A DNA stretch of 64,000 nt from Vulcanimicrobiota bacterium (lineage in GTDB: Bacteria; Vulcanimicrobiota; Vulcanimicrobiia; Vulcanimicrobiales; Vulcanimicrobiaceae): positions 96,001-160,000 of the forward strand of contig CAWAXX010000017.1 in NCBI GenBank assembly GCA_963786105.1, in the 5' to 3' direction. The notes below the pieces were generated by a model. That model was not told the origin of the DNA. It worked only from the letters and a program-made list of their open reading frames with translations, and searched no databases. How positions within the stretch are numbered: the first letter of the stretch is position 1; every line of letters begins with the position of its first letter. Both the position numbers and the translations under genes were made by a program. Shown piece by piece: positions 1 to 10,103 of the stretch.

Positions 1-447
1 TCTTCACGGTGCACGAGGAAGCGGACGTCGCTCATTCAGCTGCCGAATGGCGTTTGATAGATCGAGGCGCGGATTCGCCCGCGAAGCGTGCGGAGGTTTT
101 GGCGGCGACGAGTCAGGCGTGCGAGGCGCTCTGGAGGTTCTTAGGGGGCGTTTACGACACGTGACCGCGATGACGCGAACGCGAAACCGGTAGCGGCGAC
201 GACGTGGGTAAAGCCTCGACGGAGATTTGCTTTTCCGCCCGTTGAATCAATCCGGCGGCTACCGCGGGCCATCGATCGAATGCGTCACCCCCCTTCCGAA
301 GGCGGCCAGCCGAGAGTCGGGTCGGAGCGAGATCTTCGCTGTAGATAATCATCAGCTCGTTGCGGCGATCGCTGAGTAGGTGCACGAAACGGGCCGACAT
401 CATTTAACCCGGCAAAGACCACCAACCTAGCGAGACAGACCGACACG

Positions 448-939
448 TTAGCGCACGGTGTTGAACGTGCTCGTCAAGGTCAGATCGAATTCTGCGTCGA
501 CCTTACCGCCGCCCACGGCGGCGTCGTCGATATGCAGTTTGCCGGCGAGGTGGCCAGGTTCGCTCGTTGAAAGCGTAAATGCCTGTGCGTTGGTACCGCC
601 TGAATACTGGAGACGTTCGCCGTTGAGCCTAAGCGCGTAGCCAAGATAGGTAGCGTCGCCAAAATCGACCATTGCTCCATCTTTTAACGCGCTATCCGCG
701 CACGATAGCGTGTGGCACGCGTCGATCTCCGAGCCGATGTCGACGCTCGACAAGTACATCCGGAGTACGGTCTTGCCCTTATTCATTTCGTCGGGTCCGC
801 GAACGAGCCATCCGTACTTGATCGAACTCGAGTGTGCGTCGAGCGACACGTTGCCCTTAGCGTAGCCGGCACCGAGCGCGCAACTCGATGCGGCTAGCAC
901 CAACGACGAGAGCAACAACGTGGTGAGAATCGCGCGCAT
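448..939 (-). CDS. Secreted hypothetical protein
   Basis: 163-aa ORF with N-terminal hydrophobic signal peptide; no family recognised. Confidence 0.6.
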   Translation of the reverse strand: MRAILTTLLLSSLVLAASSCALGAGYAKGNVSLDAHSSSIKYGWLVRGPDEMNKGKTVLRMYLSSVDIGSEIDACHTLSCADSALKDGAMVDFGDATYLGYALRLNGERLQYSGGTNAQAFTLSTSEPGHLAGKLHIDDAAVGGGKVDAEFDLTLTSTFNTVR

Positions 940-1044
940 AGCGTCATTTTAGCACACTCGCCGGCACCTGGGTCGATCGTTGCAGCCTGGGAGCCGGGGC
1001 GCACGCGGTCTGTGTTGAAGAAGAACCAGCGTAAGGAGATTTTG

Positions 1045-1365
1045 ATGCCGAAATATTTGATTCACGCTACGTACACCGCCGAGGGTGCAAAAGGCCTATT
1101 AAAGAGCGGCGGCACGGCACGCCGCAAGGCCGTCGAGACATTACTCGCATCGGTGAACGGAACGCTGGAAGCTATGTATTTCACCTTCGGGGACGAGGAC
1201 GCTATTCTCATCATCGATCTTCCCGATCAAGTCGCCGTTACGGCCATAGGCCTTACGGTTGCCGCCTCCGGAGCGATACGAACCCGATCTACCGTCCTGA
1301 TATCTCCCGAAGAGGTCGATCAAGCGGTAAAGAGAGTGGTCCACTTCCATCCACCTGGAGACTAG
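1045..1365 (+). CDS. GYD-domain protein
   Basis: AAGGAG RBS before ATG 1045; MPKYLIHATYTAEG...MYFTFGDEDAILIIDLPD pattern typical of the GYD family. Confidence 0.8.
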   Translation: MPKYLIHATYTAEGAKGLLKSGGTARRKAVETLLASVNGTLEAMYFTFGDEDAILIIDLPDQVAVTAIGLTVAASGAIRTRSTVLISPEEVDQAVKRVVHFHPPGD

Positions 1366-1448
1366 CGCCGACGGATGGGTTGCACCGCGCTACGCGACGC
1401 ATCCGAGCGCTCCCGACCCGGACCTAGGCAACGCGTCCGGATCGAATT

Positions 1449-1479
1449 AGCCCCGCCTATTTTATGAAGCGGGGCTTTT
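1449..1479. terminator. Probable intrinsic terminator between convergent genes
   Basis: AGCCCCGC...GCGGGGCT inverted repeat followed by a T run. Confidence 0.6.
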
Positions 1480-1501
1480 CGATGGTGAGGTTGCTACGGC
1501 G

Positions 1502-1996
1502 CTAGGAGGATTGGCGCTGACACGCTATTTTGAAGTTCGGAGTGGTGCCCGTCGTGGTGGCGTAGCCCGTAAATGTGTAGTGGTCGTTATCGGTGCGGAC
1601 GGCCTGACCGTGTCCGAGTTTGCCATCGCTGTTTGACAGGTCAGTCCATTGTTCGGTATTTCCAGTCCACGTAGGTGCGGACGACACACCCCAGGATCCG
1701 TAGTTATCGAGCGTCGTTTGGATATACCGGCCTTTGCCGTCGTAAGACGTTACGAAAGTCAGATAGTAAGGTGCTTTCATCCCCGATTGCACCGGAATTG
1801 ACACACTTGAATTCAACACGTCCCCGTTCATGACAGCCGTGACATTCGCGGTGCTTGGCGGCGAGCCGACGGGGCCGCCGACGCACGTCCATGTCCCGAC
1901 GTAGTAACCCATGGCACTCATACCTCCCGCCTGCTGTGCACCAGCTGGCGCAACCGCAACGAGGGCCAAGATAAAAACAGCCAGAATTTGCTTCAT
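1502..1996 (-). CDS. Secreted hypothetical beta-rich protein
   Basis: Signal peptide MKQILAVFILALVAVAPAGA; YYVGTWTC lipocalin-like start. Confidence 0.65.
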   Translation of the reverse strand: MKQILAVFILALVAVAPAGAQQAGGMSAMGYYVGTWTCVGGPVGSPPSTANVTAVMNGDVLNSSVSIPVQSGMKAPYYLTFVTSYDGKGRYIQTTLDNYGSWGVSSAPTWTGNTEQWTDLSNSDGKLGHGQAVRTDNDHYTFTGYATTTGTTPNFKIACQRQSS

Positions 1997-2159
1997 AGAT
2001 AGTCCTTTCAACGCCGTCTAGATACCGAGTGGCGTACCGGCGGCGTGCCTCTGTTCCGTTAGGCCACATTCGCGGCGGCCCTGCCAACCGGCCCGGTTTT
2101 TACCGGCAACGGCCTCTCTTCGCGGCGGCACGACGGCCTTCGGGGAAGATCGAGAGCAA

Positions 2160-2753
2160 CTATGAGAACGCGACCCACCCCGTGGCAACGTTATAGATTC
2201 CCCCAATCACCCGCACCTCTCCGTCGTTAACCTTCTCCGAGACGATCTCTGAGCCGGCGACGAGGGCCTCTACGTTGCGCGCGACGTTATGCGCGATGGC
2301 GTTTTCGAGCCAGTCGCCCGGGAAGCCCTGCGCAGCTTGTACCGACGGCACGAGAGCGTCGATGATTTCCGGAATGCGACCGCGCTGCCTCGTGCCATCG
2401 CGCACGTATGCGAGGGCCGTGCGGAGAGCGCCACAGCGAGAATGCCCAAGAACCAGGACCAGCGACGATTTCAGAACATCGATTGCAAACTCGATCGACG
2501 CGAAATTGCAGTCGTCGATAACATTTCCAGCGACTCGCACCACGAATATGTTTCCGGGAACCTGATCGAAGATGGTCTCGATGGGCACGCGCGCATCGGA
2601 ACAGCCGAGAACGACTGCAAAGGGATGTGGATCGCTCGCAAACTCCGCTACGCGGGGACCGTACGGTCCGCATTGCGGCTTCCCGGCAACAAATCGCATA
2701 TTGCCGGCCTTCAGCTGTTCGACCGCATCGGCAGACGTTAGGCGAGACATCAC
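2160..2753 (-). CDS. Beta-class carbonic anhydrase
   Basis: GCSDAR, RVAGN and GHSRCG zinc-binding motifs. Confidence 0.92.
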   Translation of the reverse strand: MMSRLTSADAVEQLKAGNMRFVAGKPQCGPYGPRVAEFASDPHPFAVVLGCSDARVPIETIFDQVPGNIFVVRVAGNVIDDCNFASIEFAIDVLKSSLVLVLGHSRCGALRTALAYVRDGTRQRGRIPEIIDALVPSVQAAQGFPGDWLENAIAHNVARNVEALVAGSEIVSEKVNDGEVRVIGGIYNVATGWVAFS

Positions 2754-2867
2754 GACAATCGGCTGGCTTCTCGCAAGCAGGTTTCAAATCCTCAAAATTG
2801 CCTAGGGAATTTTCGAGCAAGATCCGTACCGGTTTAAAATCACCTACTACCCGAATATTCGGAAATC

Positions 2868-3342
2868 GTGATCGGCGCAGCAGTGATTGCTTCTCGGTGG
2901 ACGCGTTTCGAGCGTTACGCCATTCTAGCGTTACGCCATTCTAGCGTTTGCCATACTCGATGCAGGCGTCGAGATCACGATCTTGGCACGATTGCTTTAC
3001 GAAATAGCAAATAGGCCGGCGAATTTAGACGCAATCGTGCTGTTTACGCTCATCTATTGGCGCCTCGATCGCGGCGGCCCCGACGGGCGCACCGGAGTTT
3101 GGCAGGGGCAGGCCCATTTCCACTTTCCTCGCGGCGATGCTGCCGAAGGCGTTTCCGGCGATTGGCAGCCTTCGTTCGTCGATTACTTATATCTAGCGTT
3201 CACGACCAGCACTGCGTTCAGCCCGAGTGAAATCTATCCGCTCACCGATCGAGCGAAGATACTGCATATCGTGCAAAGCCTGATCTCGCTGCTTACCATC
3301 GTTGCCCTCGCTACGCGAGCGATCAACATTTTGGGTCAGTAA
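2868..3342 (+). pseudogene. Disrupted DUF1345-like membrane protein
   Basis: C-terminal YWRLDRGGP...PSFVDYLYLAFTTSTAFSP motifs; upstream frame broken by a 16-bp tandem duplication at 2911-2942; no convincing start. Confidence 0.65.
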
Positions 3343-3366
3343 AATGCACCTCGCGGGGGCGCTCAG

Positions 3367-3405
3367 GAATGAAAGGGCCCCGAACGAATTCAGGGCCCTT
3401 CATTC
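3367..3405. terminator. Hairpin between convergent genes, likely terminator
   Basis: GAATGAAAGGGCCC...GGGCCCTTCATTC inverted repeat. Confidence 0.6.
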
Positions 3406-3419
3406 AACCTGCTGTCGTC

Positions 3420-3959
3420 TTATTGGCCTTCGCCGCAGACGAATTTAACGCTATCGAGCGTCACACTATAATGGCCATTGCCGTCGGTGCTGGCGTCAAC
3501 CTTGACGCGGACAGAGTCGCCTGCGTCCGGCCCACTGCCGACGAAGACGGCGTGGCCAAGGCCTGCGCCGTGCAGCACTTGGCCGTTGGGTATCACGAGT
3601 CGGGCACGGCCACCGCCGCTAAAGGTATACGGGTTGCCGTTGGAGTCGGTCCCGGTAAGACCTACCCACTTCGTGCGGACGAGGATAACCGTTTTATCCT
3701 GCCCGACGATGGTGAACGCATTATACGCCACCGAGCCGCCGAACGTCATGTCTAATCCGCCCGGGCACGGATCCGATTTCGTAAAAGTTGGAACCTGAAA
3801 AGTGCCGTGGGAGAATGTGCCGCTGCGATCGGGGGATACGGGACTGGCCGGTCCCGCGGCGGGTATGCCCGCGGTCGGCGAGGTGCCGTTTCCACCGCTG
3901 CATGCCGCGAACGCGATCGCGGAGACCAGAACTGGGAAAAGTAGACGGAATTGTCGCAT
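3420..3959 (-). CDS. Hypothetical lipoprotein
   Basis: Lipobox FAAC; GGAG RBS upstream. Confidence 0.7.
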   Translation of the reverse strand: MRQFRLLFPVLVSAIAFAACSGGNGTSPTAGIPAAGPASPVSPDRSGTFSHGTFQVPTFTKSDPCPGGLDMTFGGSVAYNAFTIVGQDKTVILVRTKWVGLTGTDSNGNPYTFSGGGRARLVIPNGQVLHGAGLGHAVFVGSGPDAGDSVRVKVDASTDGNGHYSVTLDSVKFVCGEGQ

Positions 3960-4030
3960 TTGAGCTCCTTCATAAGCTATAGAGAGCTCGGCCCACCCTC
4001 AGCGAGCCGAGGATGGTTTTTCGGCGGCGT

Positions 4031-4059
4031 ATTATACCATCCCTCCAAGCGGCTTGCAA
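4031..4059 (-). promoter_or_regulatory. Sigma70-type promoter for the 3959 gene
   Basis: Minus strand TTGCAA (4059-4054), 17 nt, TG-extended TATAAT (4036-4031). Confidence 0.7.
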
Positions 4060-4266
4060 CCGCCTACAGGGCAAGCGGCTTGAAACCGCTTACCCTGCGC
4101 TAAACGGTTATCGCGTCAACAAAACAGCAACGTACCTCGAGCGGCTTGATCTCGTGAAACGTAAGGTCGCGCGCCTCGTTTGAGGCTCCGAAGGCGATGC
4201 GTTCGCCGAGCACGTTCCTCTAACCGAAGACCGAGCCGATCTGGTACTCGCATCGTCAAACAGCCT

Positions 4267-5336
4267 CTAGGGGCCGAAGCCCAATGCGTGTGGGTAGCTC
4301 ACACCGGTCGAGATCGTTCGCTTGGGCTGGAGCTTCCCCGGCGCGTATACGGTGACGGTGCTGTTGTCGGAGTTGCCGACGTACAAGCTCCCCCCAGCGT
4401 CGAAGGCCAGCGATCCCGGGAATTGCACTTTCTGCGAAATGGTCCGGAGCACGAGCTCGGAGCCGGAAGCGTATACCGTCACCGTGTTTGCGTTGTAGTT
4501 CGAAACGTAGAGATTTTCGGATCCGTCGAAGGCCAGCGCATACGGAAAGTCCACACCCTCGGAGATGGTTCTCAGCAGCGACGAGCTTCCCGGCGCGTAC
4601 ACCGTCACCGAACTGCTGCCGTCGTTTGCGACGTACAGGTTGCCGGCGTCATCGAAGGCTAATGCGCCGGGCGAGCTAATGCCCTGGGAAATCGTTAATA
4701 AGGGGGGGTAGTCGTGCCAGGAGCGTAGACCGTCACGCTGGCGTTGTCGTAGTTTGCAACGTACAAGTTGCCGGCGCTATCAAAGGCCAACGCAGCCGGC
4801 TCGCCGACGCCCTGTAAGATCGTTCTCTTTAACTTGGTTTTCCCCGGTGCGTAAACGGTGACGGTATTTGCGCTGCCATTAGCTACGTATACGCTGTTGT
4901 CTCGGCTCAATGCCACGGCGTACGGGAGGTGAACCCCCTGGGCGATCGTTCGCAATATCGACGTGGTGCCTGGGGCATACACGGTCACCGAGTTGCCACC
5001 GCCGTTTGCGACATAGAGATTCCCATGAGTGTCGAACGCGAGCTGAAATGGACCATTTATACCCCGCGAGATCGTGCGCAGTACCGACGCGCTGCCCGGC
5101 GCGTATTCGGTGACCGTAGCATTCCCATTATTCACAACGTAGAGATTAGGATCGCTAGCCGGTCGGCTCACCCTCTGATGGGCCGCGCTGTGCTCGGTCA
5201 AACCGGCTGGATTGACCTGCGCGGAACCTCCGTTGCAGCCCGCCAGAATCGCAGTTGCGATCCCAATGGCCAGTGCCATCCTGAACAACGTCGAAGAGCA
5301 CGGAATGGTGAACTCAGCCATGCTGTCCAACCTCAT
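4267..5336 (-). pseudogene. NHL-like repeat beta-propeller lipoprotein, frameshifted in a C7 tract
   Basis: Lipobox LAGC and repeats NLYVAN..VTVYAPG..LRTISQG..P.ALAFD continue across two frames; break at the G7 run 4702-4708. Confidence 0.8.
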
Positions 5337-5640
5337 AACGGGCGGCCTTCCAGCCGAGGACGCGGGAACGTACGAGTCTACGCCTCTCCTGTTCGGCGCT
5401 AGCAGCGAAGCCCCTTATCGAGTGATCCGTTCATCATTGAAGATGATGTCGCCGCTGCTCGTGTTTCTCACGCTAGACCCTTAACGGGCTCGGTGTCGTT
5501 GTGCTTAAACAGAGGAAACATGCAATCACGAATACGCGCGGCGGTTGTCGACACGTTTAGCAGAATCTCGCTGCGTTGAACCGCGCGCCGCACAACTTCC
5601 TACATGTGGAGAGCAAGGCACCCGCGACGAAGGAGTATAC

Positions 5641-6367
5641 ATGCGTGAGCCAGCCGTCGCCTCGGGTTTCGGTGATGGTACCCTGATTCGCTTTGCCAAC
5701 TCCATTTGGACCGCTACAACGCCAATTCGTTTTGCAGGAACGTGGTTTCCTCACGTAATGTCGATCGTGCGCCTTGGCGACGACAGCCTTCTGATACACT
5801 CGCCCTGCCAGCCAAGTTCCGATCTGCTCCATGCCATCGCGCAAATTGGGATCGTCGCCCACGTTGTCGCGCCTAACTGGTTTCATGATCTCTACTTGGC
5901 GCACTACCGAAAACTGTATCCGAGCGCAACATTCTGGGCACCGCCATTCTTGAAGCGTCAACGGGCTTCAATTATCGACTGCGCGCTCGATGTGGCGGCT
6001 CGGCCGCCCTGGTTTGATGAAATGCCTCATACCGTGCTTTCAGGACTGTTGGCCCTCGACGAGTGTATCTTTTTCCACCGTTCGACGCGTTACGTTGATC
6101 GTAGCCGACTTCTTGATGAATGCCTCCGCACGCGCCGACCTGCCTTTAGCCATGAGGCTTGGTTATCGCGTCCTACGTCTAGACGGAAGCGTAAAAGTCT
6201 TTCCAGTACTTCGATGGTTCGGATTTACAAGCCGATCGTCGCTGCGGCGTGTGGCGCAAGACATCTTGGAATGGAAGCCAGATCGGCTCATCGTGGGGCA
6301 CGGAAGACCGATCGACCAAAACGTCGGCAGCCAGCTTGACACCGCACTTCAGTGGCTGGTCGCTTAA
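5641..6367 (+). pseudogene. DUF4336-family protein with +1 frameshift
   Basis: LLIHSP, VVAPNWFHDLYL, ECIFFH, then TLIVADF...LIVGHG in another frame; extra T at 6090-6091. Confidence 0.75.
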
Positions 6368-6437
6368 CCCGGAATTGAGGCCCACGGAAGGCGCTTCCGG
6401 GACCCATCCGCCGAGTCCCGCGCGCTAGGAGCCCCGG

Positions 6438-7163
6438 CTACGAGTCGTTCAAGATTGCTTGCAGCAAACGTTTCGCTTCGTCCGGTACGTTGATGGTGAC
6501 GCGTCCGATCAGATGAATTGAACCCGTCGTGTACGCTTTGCCGGTCGACGTAATCAGGCTCATCGCACCGTTACCGCCCTTTGAAGAGAGATGCGAGATC
6601 GTGAGGGTTTTGACAACTCCCTCTTCGACGAGCGTGACTTTATAGTGTCCCGTTTTTAGGTTCACGAAGCCGTCCGTAAACCCGTTGTAATTGGAATTCG
6701 GGAAGTCCTGACCTTTGGTAGTCGCCTCCAGATAGGCACATCCGTTTTGTTTGTTCTTTGTCGCAAACGTGCCATAGTACAAGTAATACGAGTACGGTTT
6801 CGGCGTCGGCGTGGGCTTTGGCGTCGGCGTCGGTTTGGGTGTCGGCGTCGGTTTTGTCACGGCGTATTTCTCAAGTATCCACGCCGACTCGGCCGACTTG
6901 CCGGTGTAGGCCTTGAACGTTCCTCGACTGACCTTACCGGCGGCGTAGTAGAACAGCCACGTTCCGGCGCCCTTCTTGGGTGCACTGCAAGCCGGAATTC
7001 CCAACGAGTCCGCAGCCTGCGATGGCGACAACTGCGCCGACGACTCCGCAGAGGTACCTTGCGGCGCGGCAGGATTGTAGCCCCCGCCGACGCCGCGACA
7101 TGCGACCAGCGACGCCACGATAAAGAGCGCCGCGCTCGCACTAGGCAGATATACTTTTCTCAT
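6438..7163 (-). CDS. Hypothetical lipoprotein with internal (KPTPTP)3 linker
   Basis: Lipobox LVAC; Pro/Thr repeat; GGAGG RBS. Confidence 0.7.
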   Translation of the reverse strand: MRKVYLPSASAALFIVASLVACRGVGGGYNPAAPQGTSAESSAQLSPSQAADSLGIPACSAPKKGAGTWLFYYAAGKVSRGTFKAYTGKSAESAWILEKYAVTKPTPTPKPTPTPKPTPTPKPYSYYLYYGTFATKNKQNGCAYLEATTKGQDFPNSNYNGFTDGFVNLKTGHYKVTLVEEGVVKTLTISHLSSKGGNGAMSLITSTGKAYTTGSIHLIGRVTINVPDEAKRLLQAILNDS

Positions 7164-7332
7164 AGCGTCCTCCAAGCGTTAAGGGCCAAACGATCGCTTT
7201 TGTGAGTGTTTCGTAACGCGCGCCGTGTTCCTGGAGCGTTTTGCATGAGAGGGACGCGGCGGGACCGGCCGGCGTTCCAACTACTCCGCGGCCGCGAGCC
7301 GGCGAACGAATCACCTTCTATCGGGAGCGGCC

Positions 7333-7361
7333 TTGCCTTCGTGGCGGATTGGGAGCATGAT
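7333..7361 (+). promoter_or_regulatory. Putative promoter, copy 1
   Basis: TTGCCT-17 nt-CATGAT; near-identical to 8586-8614. Confidence 0.55.
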
Positions 7362-7409
7362 TGAGCGAGGTGGGCGTCCTAACGGCGCCTCTTTAGTATT
7401 GGAGCAAAA

Positions 7410-8486
7410 ATGACTTCTCGAGTTTGCAGCGCCGTCGTTGCTGCGTGTCTCAGCACGGGGCTATTGACTGCCTGTAGCAGCGGCAACACGCCGTATTCGG
7501 CAGTTCCCGCCCCAATCGCCCATTCGAATGCCGTTTTGCCGTCCTCCGCGCGCAAAAATCTCTACGTCGCAAACTTCGTCACGGGCTGTCGACAGTGCGG
7601 GAGCACCGTAACCGTCTACGCTCCGGGCACCACCTCGGTACTACGAACGATCTCAGATGGAGTGAGAAAGCCGCTCGCGCTGGCGTTCGATGCAGCGGGC
7701 AATCTCTACGTCGCCAACTATCGCCTTAGCTGTAGAGGTTGCGGCGGAAGCGTGACCGTCTACGCCCCGGGCAGCACGTCGGTAATGCGAACGATCACGC
7801 AAGGCATTAACTTCCCGACGGCGCTAGCTTTTGACGAATCGGGCAATCTCTACGTCGCAAATTGTTGTAACGTGGCATCGCGCGGATACGGAGGAGCCAC
7901 CGTATCGGTGTACGCCCCCGGCAGCTCGTCCGTCTTACGAACGATTACTAACGGAGTGAACTATCCTGAAGACCTGGCGTTTGGCGGCCGCGGCTCTCTT
8001 TACGTCGCAAACTATTATGCACCTAGCGTGACCGTCTATGCAGCGGGAGGCATCCGCCTGCTGCGCACGATATCGCAGGGAGTGTCAACCCCGTTTCGAT
8101 TGGCGTTGGACGCTTCCAACAACCTGTACGTTGCAAACCTTTACGGTAACGACGTCGAGGTTTACAAGCCGGGCAGCGGCTCGGTACTACGGTCGATCTC
8201 TCAAGGGGTGCATCTGCCGAATGCGCTGGCGTTCGACCGGAAAGGGAACCTCTACCTTTCAAATCGCAGGGCCGTGACGGTGTACGCGCCAGGAAGCACG
8301 TCGATCTTGCGGACGATTTCTCAAGGGCTGCATGGCCCGGGCGCGCTGGCGTTCGGGCCCAACGGCGACCTTTTCGTTGCCAATGGCGGCGATGCCATAA
8401 CCGTCTATCCAGCCGGAAAGACGAAGCCGATGCGGACGATTACCGACGGCTTACACATCCCTACTGCACTCGTTTTCGGACCGTAA
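7410..8486 (+). CDS. NHL-like repeat beta-propeller lipoprotein
   Basis: Lipobox LTAC; seven ~42-aa repeats ending in LVFGP. Confidence 0.85.
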   Translation: MTSRVCSAVVAACLSTGLLTACSSGNTPYSAVPAPIAHSNAVLPSSARKNLYVANFVTGCRQCGSTVTVYAPGTTSVLRTISDGVRKPLALAFDAAGNLYVANYRLSCRGCGGSVTVYAPGSTSVMRTITQGINFPTALAFDESGNLYVANCCNVASRGYGGATVSVYAPGSSSVLRTITNGVNYPEDLAFGGRGSLYVANYYAPSVTVYAAGGIRLLRTISQGVSTPFRLALDASNNLYVANLYGNDVEVYKPGSGSVLRSISQGVHLPNALAFDRKGNLYLSNRRAVTVYAPGSTSILRTISQGLHGPGALAFGPNGDLFVANGGDAITVYPAGKTKPMRTITDGLHIPTALVFGP

Positions 8487-8585
8487 CGCTTAGACGATAC
8501 GCTGTCGGCGGCAGTCATTGAGGAAACTGGAAACGCTGGTGAGCACAACAGCCGACTCGTTTACCCCGACTTGGGGCCACCTTTG

Positions 8586-8614
8586 TTGCTTTCCTGGCGG
8601 ATTGGGAGCATGAT
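8586..8614 (+). promoter_or_regulatory. Putative promoter, copy 2
   Basis: TTGCTT-17 nt-CATGAT sharing TGGCGGATTGGGAGCATGATT with copy 1. Confidence 0.55.
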
Positions 8615-8747
8615 TCAGGAAGGCCGCGGTCCGCCGGCGTCGCTATTTGAACAGCGGCGCGCCTTCTCCGTTGGACGCCGTGGTCGCCGTCTTTCGATGA
8701 CACGTTAGCGGGTGTCATCCATTGAGAAAGAGCGGAATCGTAAAGCC

Positions 8748-9773
8748 ATGAAACGTCATGACGCGATCTTCGGAGCGTGGCTTAGTGCTGCACTGCTGGT
8801 TGGGTGCGGAATCAACGATGGTAGGTTATCGCCAACAATGCCGTTAGCGTTTGCGTCGGTCAGCGGTGCCCACGCCGGTCGTAATCTTTATGTGCTAAAC
8901 GGAGGAAGCAATACCGTCACGCTGTACGCGCCCGGACAAAAAACCGTGCTGCGGACAATCTCTCAAGGGATAAAAGACGCTTTCGCAATGGCGTTGGATT
9001 CCTCCGGTAACCTCTACGTCGCTAACGCGTACGTCAACAAGGTAACGGTCTACGCTGCAGGCAGCGGGACCCTGTTGCGTTCGATCACAGAGGACGTGAA
9101 CGCACCGCTGGCGCTGGCGCTTGACATGTCCGGCAATCTCTACGTCGCGAACTATGGGTGTACCCATTGCGCCGGCTCCGTGACCGTCTACGCACCGGGC
9201 AGTACGACCGTGCTGCGGAAGATTTCTGAGGGTGTGAGCAGACCGATTGTGCTGGCGTTCGATGGTTCGGGCAATCTCTACGTCGCAAATCTAGGCGATA
9301 GCACGGTCACGGTCTACGCTTCCGGCAGCGGCTCGGTGCTGCGAACAATTTCCCAAGGGATCGTCGACCCTAACGCGCTAGCGTTCGACAGCTCCGGGAA
9401 TCTTTACGTCGCAAACTACGTATTTGGCAACACGGTGACGGTTTACGCTCCAGGGAGCAATCAAGTGCTGCGGACGATCTCCCAGGGCCTAAAGCATCCG
9501 GATGCGCTGGCATTTGGTCGTTCCGGCAACCTCTTCGTGACAAATTCGAACAAACATAGCGCCGTAAGCGTCTACGCTCCGGGGAGCGACCAAGTGTTGC
9601 GGACAATCTCGCAAGCCGTACGCTATCCGCGCGCGCTCTCATTTGACGGCGCCGGCAACCTATACGTCGCGGACCTCCATCAAGTGGCCGTTTTTGCTCC
9701 GGGAAGCTCGCAGGTGCTGCGGATCATTAGTCAGGGCATTAGCTTTCCCACTGCACTCGCATTCGGGCCATGA
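8748..9773 (+). CDS. NHL-like repeat beta-propeller lipoprotein
   Basis: Lipobox LVGC; seven ~42-aa repeats ending in LAFGP. Confidence 0.85.
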   Translation: MKRHDAIFGAWLSAALLVGCGINDGRLSPTMPLAFASVSGAHAGRNLYVLNGGSNTVTLYAPGQKTVLRTISQGIKDAFAMALDSSGNLYVANAYVNKVTVYAAGSGTLLRSITEDVNAPLALALDMSGNLYVANYGCTHCAGSVTVYAPGSTTVLRKISEGVSRPIVLAFDGSGNLYVANLGDSTVTVYASGSGSVLRTISQGIVDPNALAFDSSGNLYVANYVFGNTVTVYAPGSNQVLRTISQGLKHPDALAFGRSGNLFVTNSNKHSAVSVYAPGSDQVLRTISQAVRYPRALSFDGAGNLYVADLHQVAVFAPGSSQVLRIISQGISFPTALAFGP

Positions 9774-9799
9774 CCCAGCGATGGTCTTTGGGAGCCGAC

Positions 9800-9878
9800 G
9801 CGGCGCAAACCCGCATAAAATAAGCAAAGCCGAGCGCGCCCGTAGCCAAAACGACGGCAACCGTTTGGCAACCGTGAG
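9800..9878 (+). repeat. att-like duplicate of the tRNA-Arg upstream region and 5' end, followed by an arm-like motif
   Basis: 9800-9846 nearly identical to 10958-11005; 9854-9878 nearly identical to 10902-10926. Confidence 0.75.
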
Positions 9879-10103
9879 GATGCGGTTCTCGCTTTCGCGC
9901 TGGTAATCGCGTGCCGCATCCGAGGCATTGGGAAGCGCTAATGTCGCTTAGTAAGAAGGAAGGGCGCTCGGCTTAAACCCCGCATCGCTAACGCGATTCG
10001 AGCCCAAAACCTTCAACGAAAATCGCGGCGGCGCACGAGGACACGGGAATGATGCGGAACCTCTTGATCGAATGAGGGATTGCCGTCAGTAAAAGGAGAT
10101 GGA

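Noticed and set aside
152..403. 83-aa ORF
   Set aside because: No recognisable motif or RBS; cannot support as a gene
7410..9773. Regularly spaced ~126-bp DNA repeats resembling an array
   Set aside because: They are in-frame propeller blades, not CRISPR repeats; no cas genes
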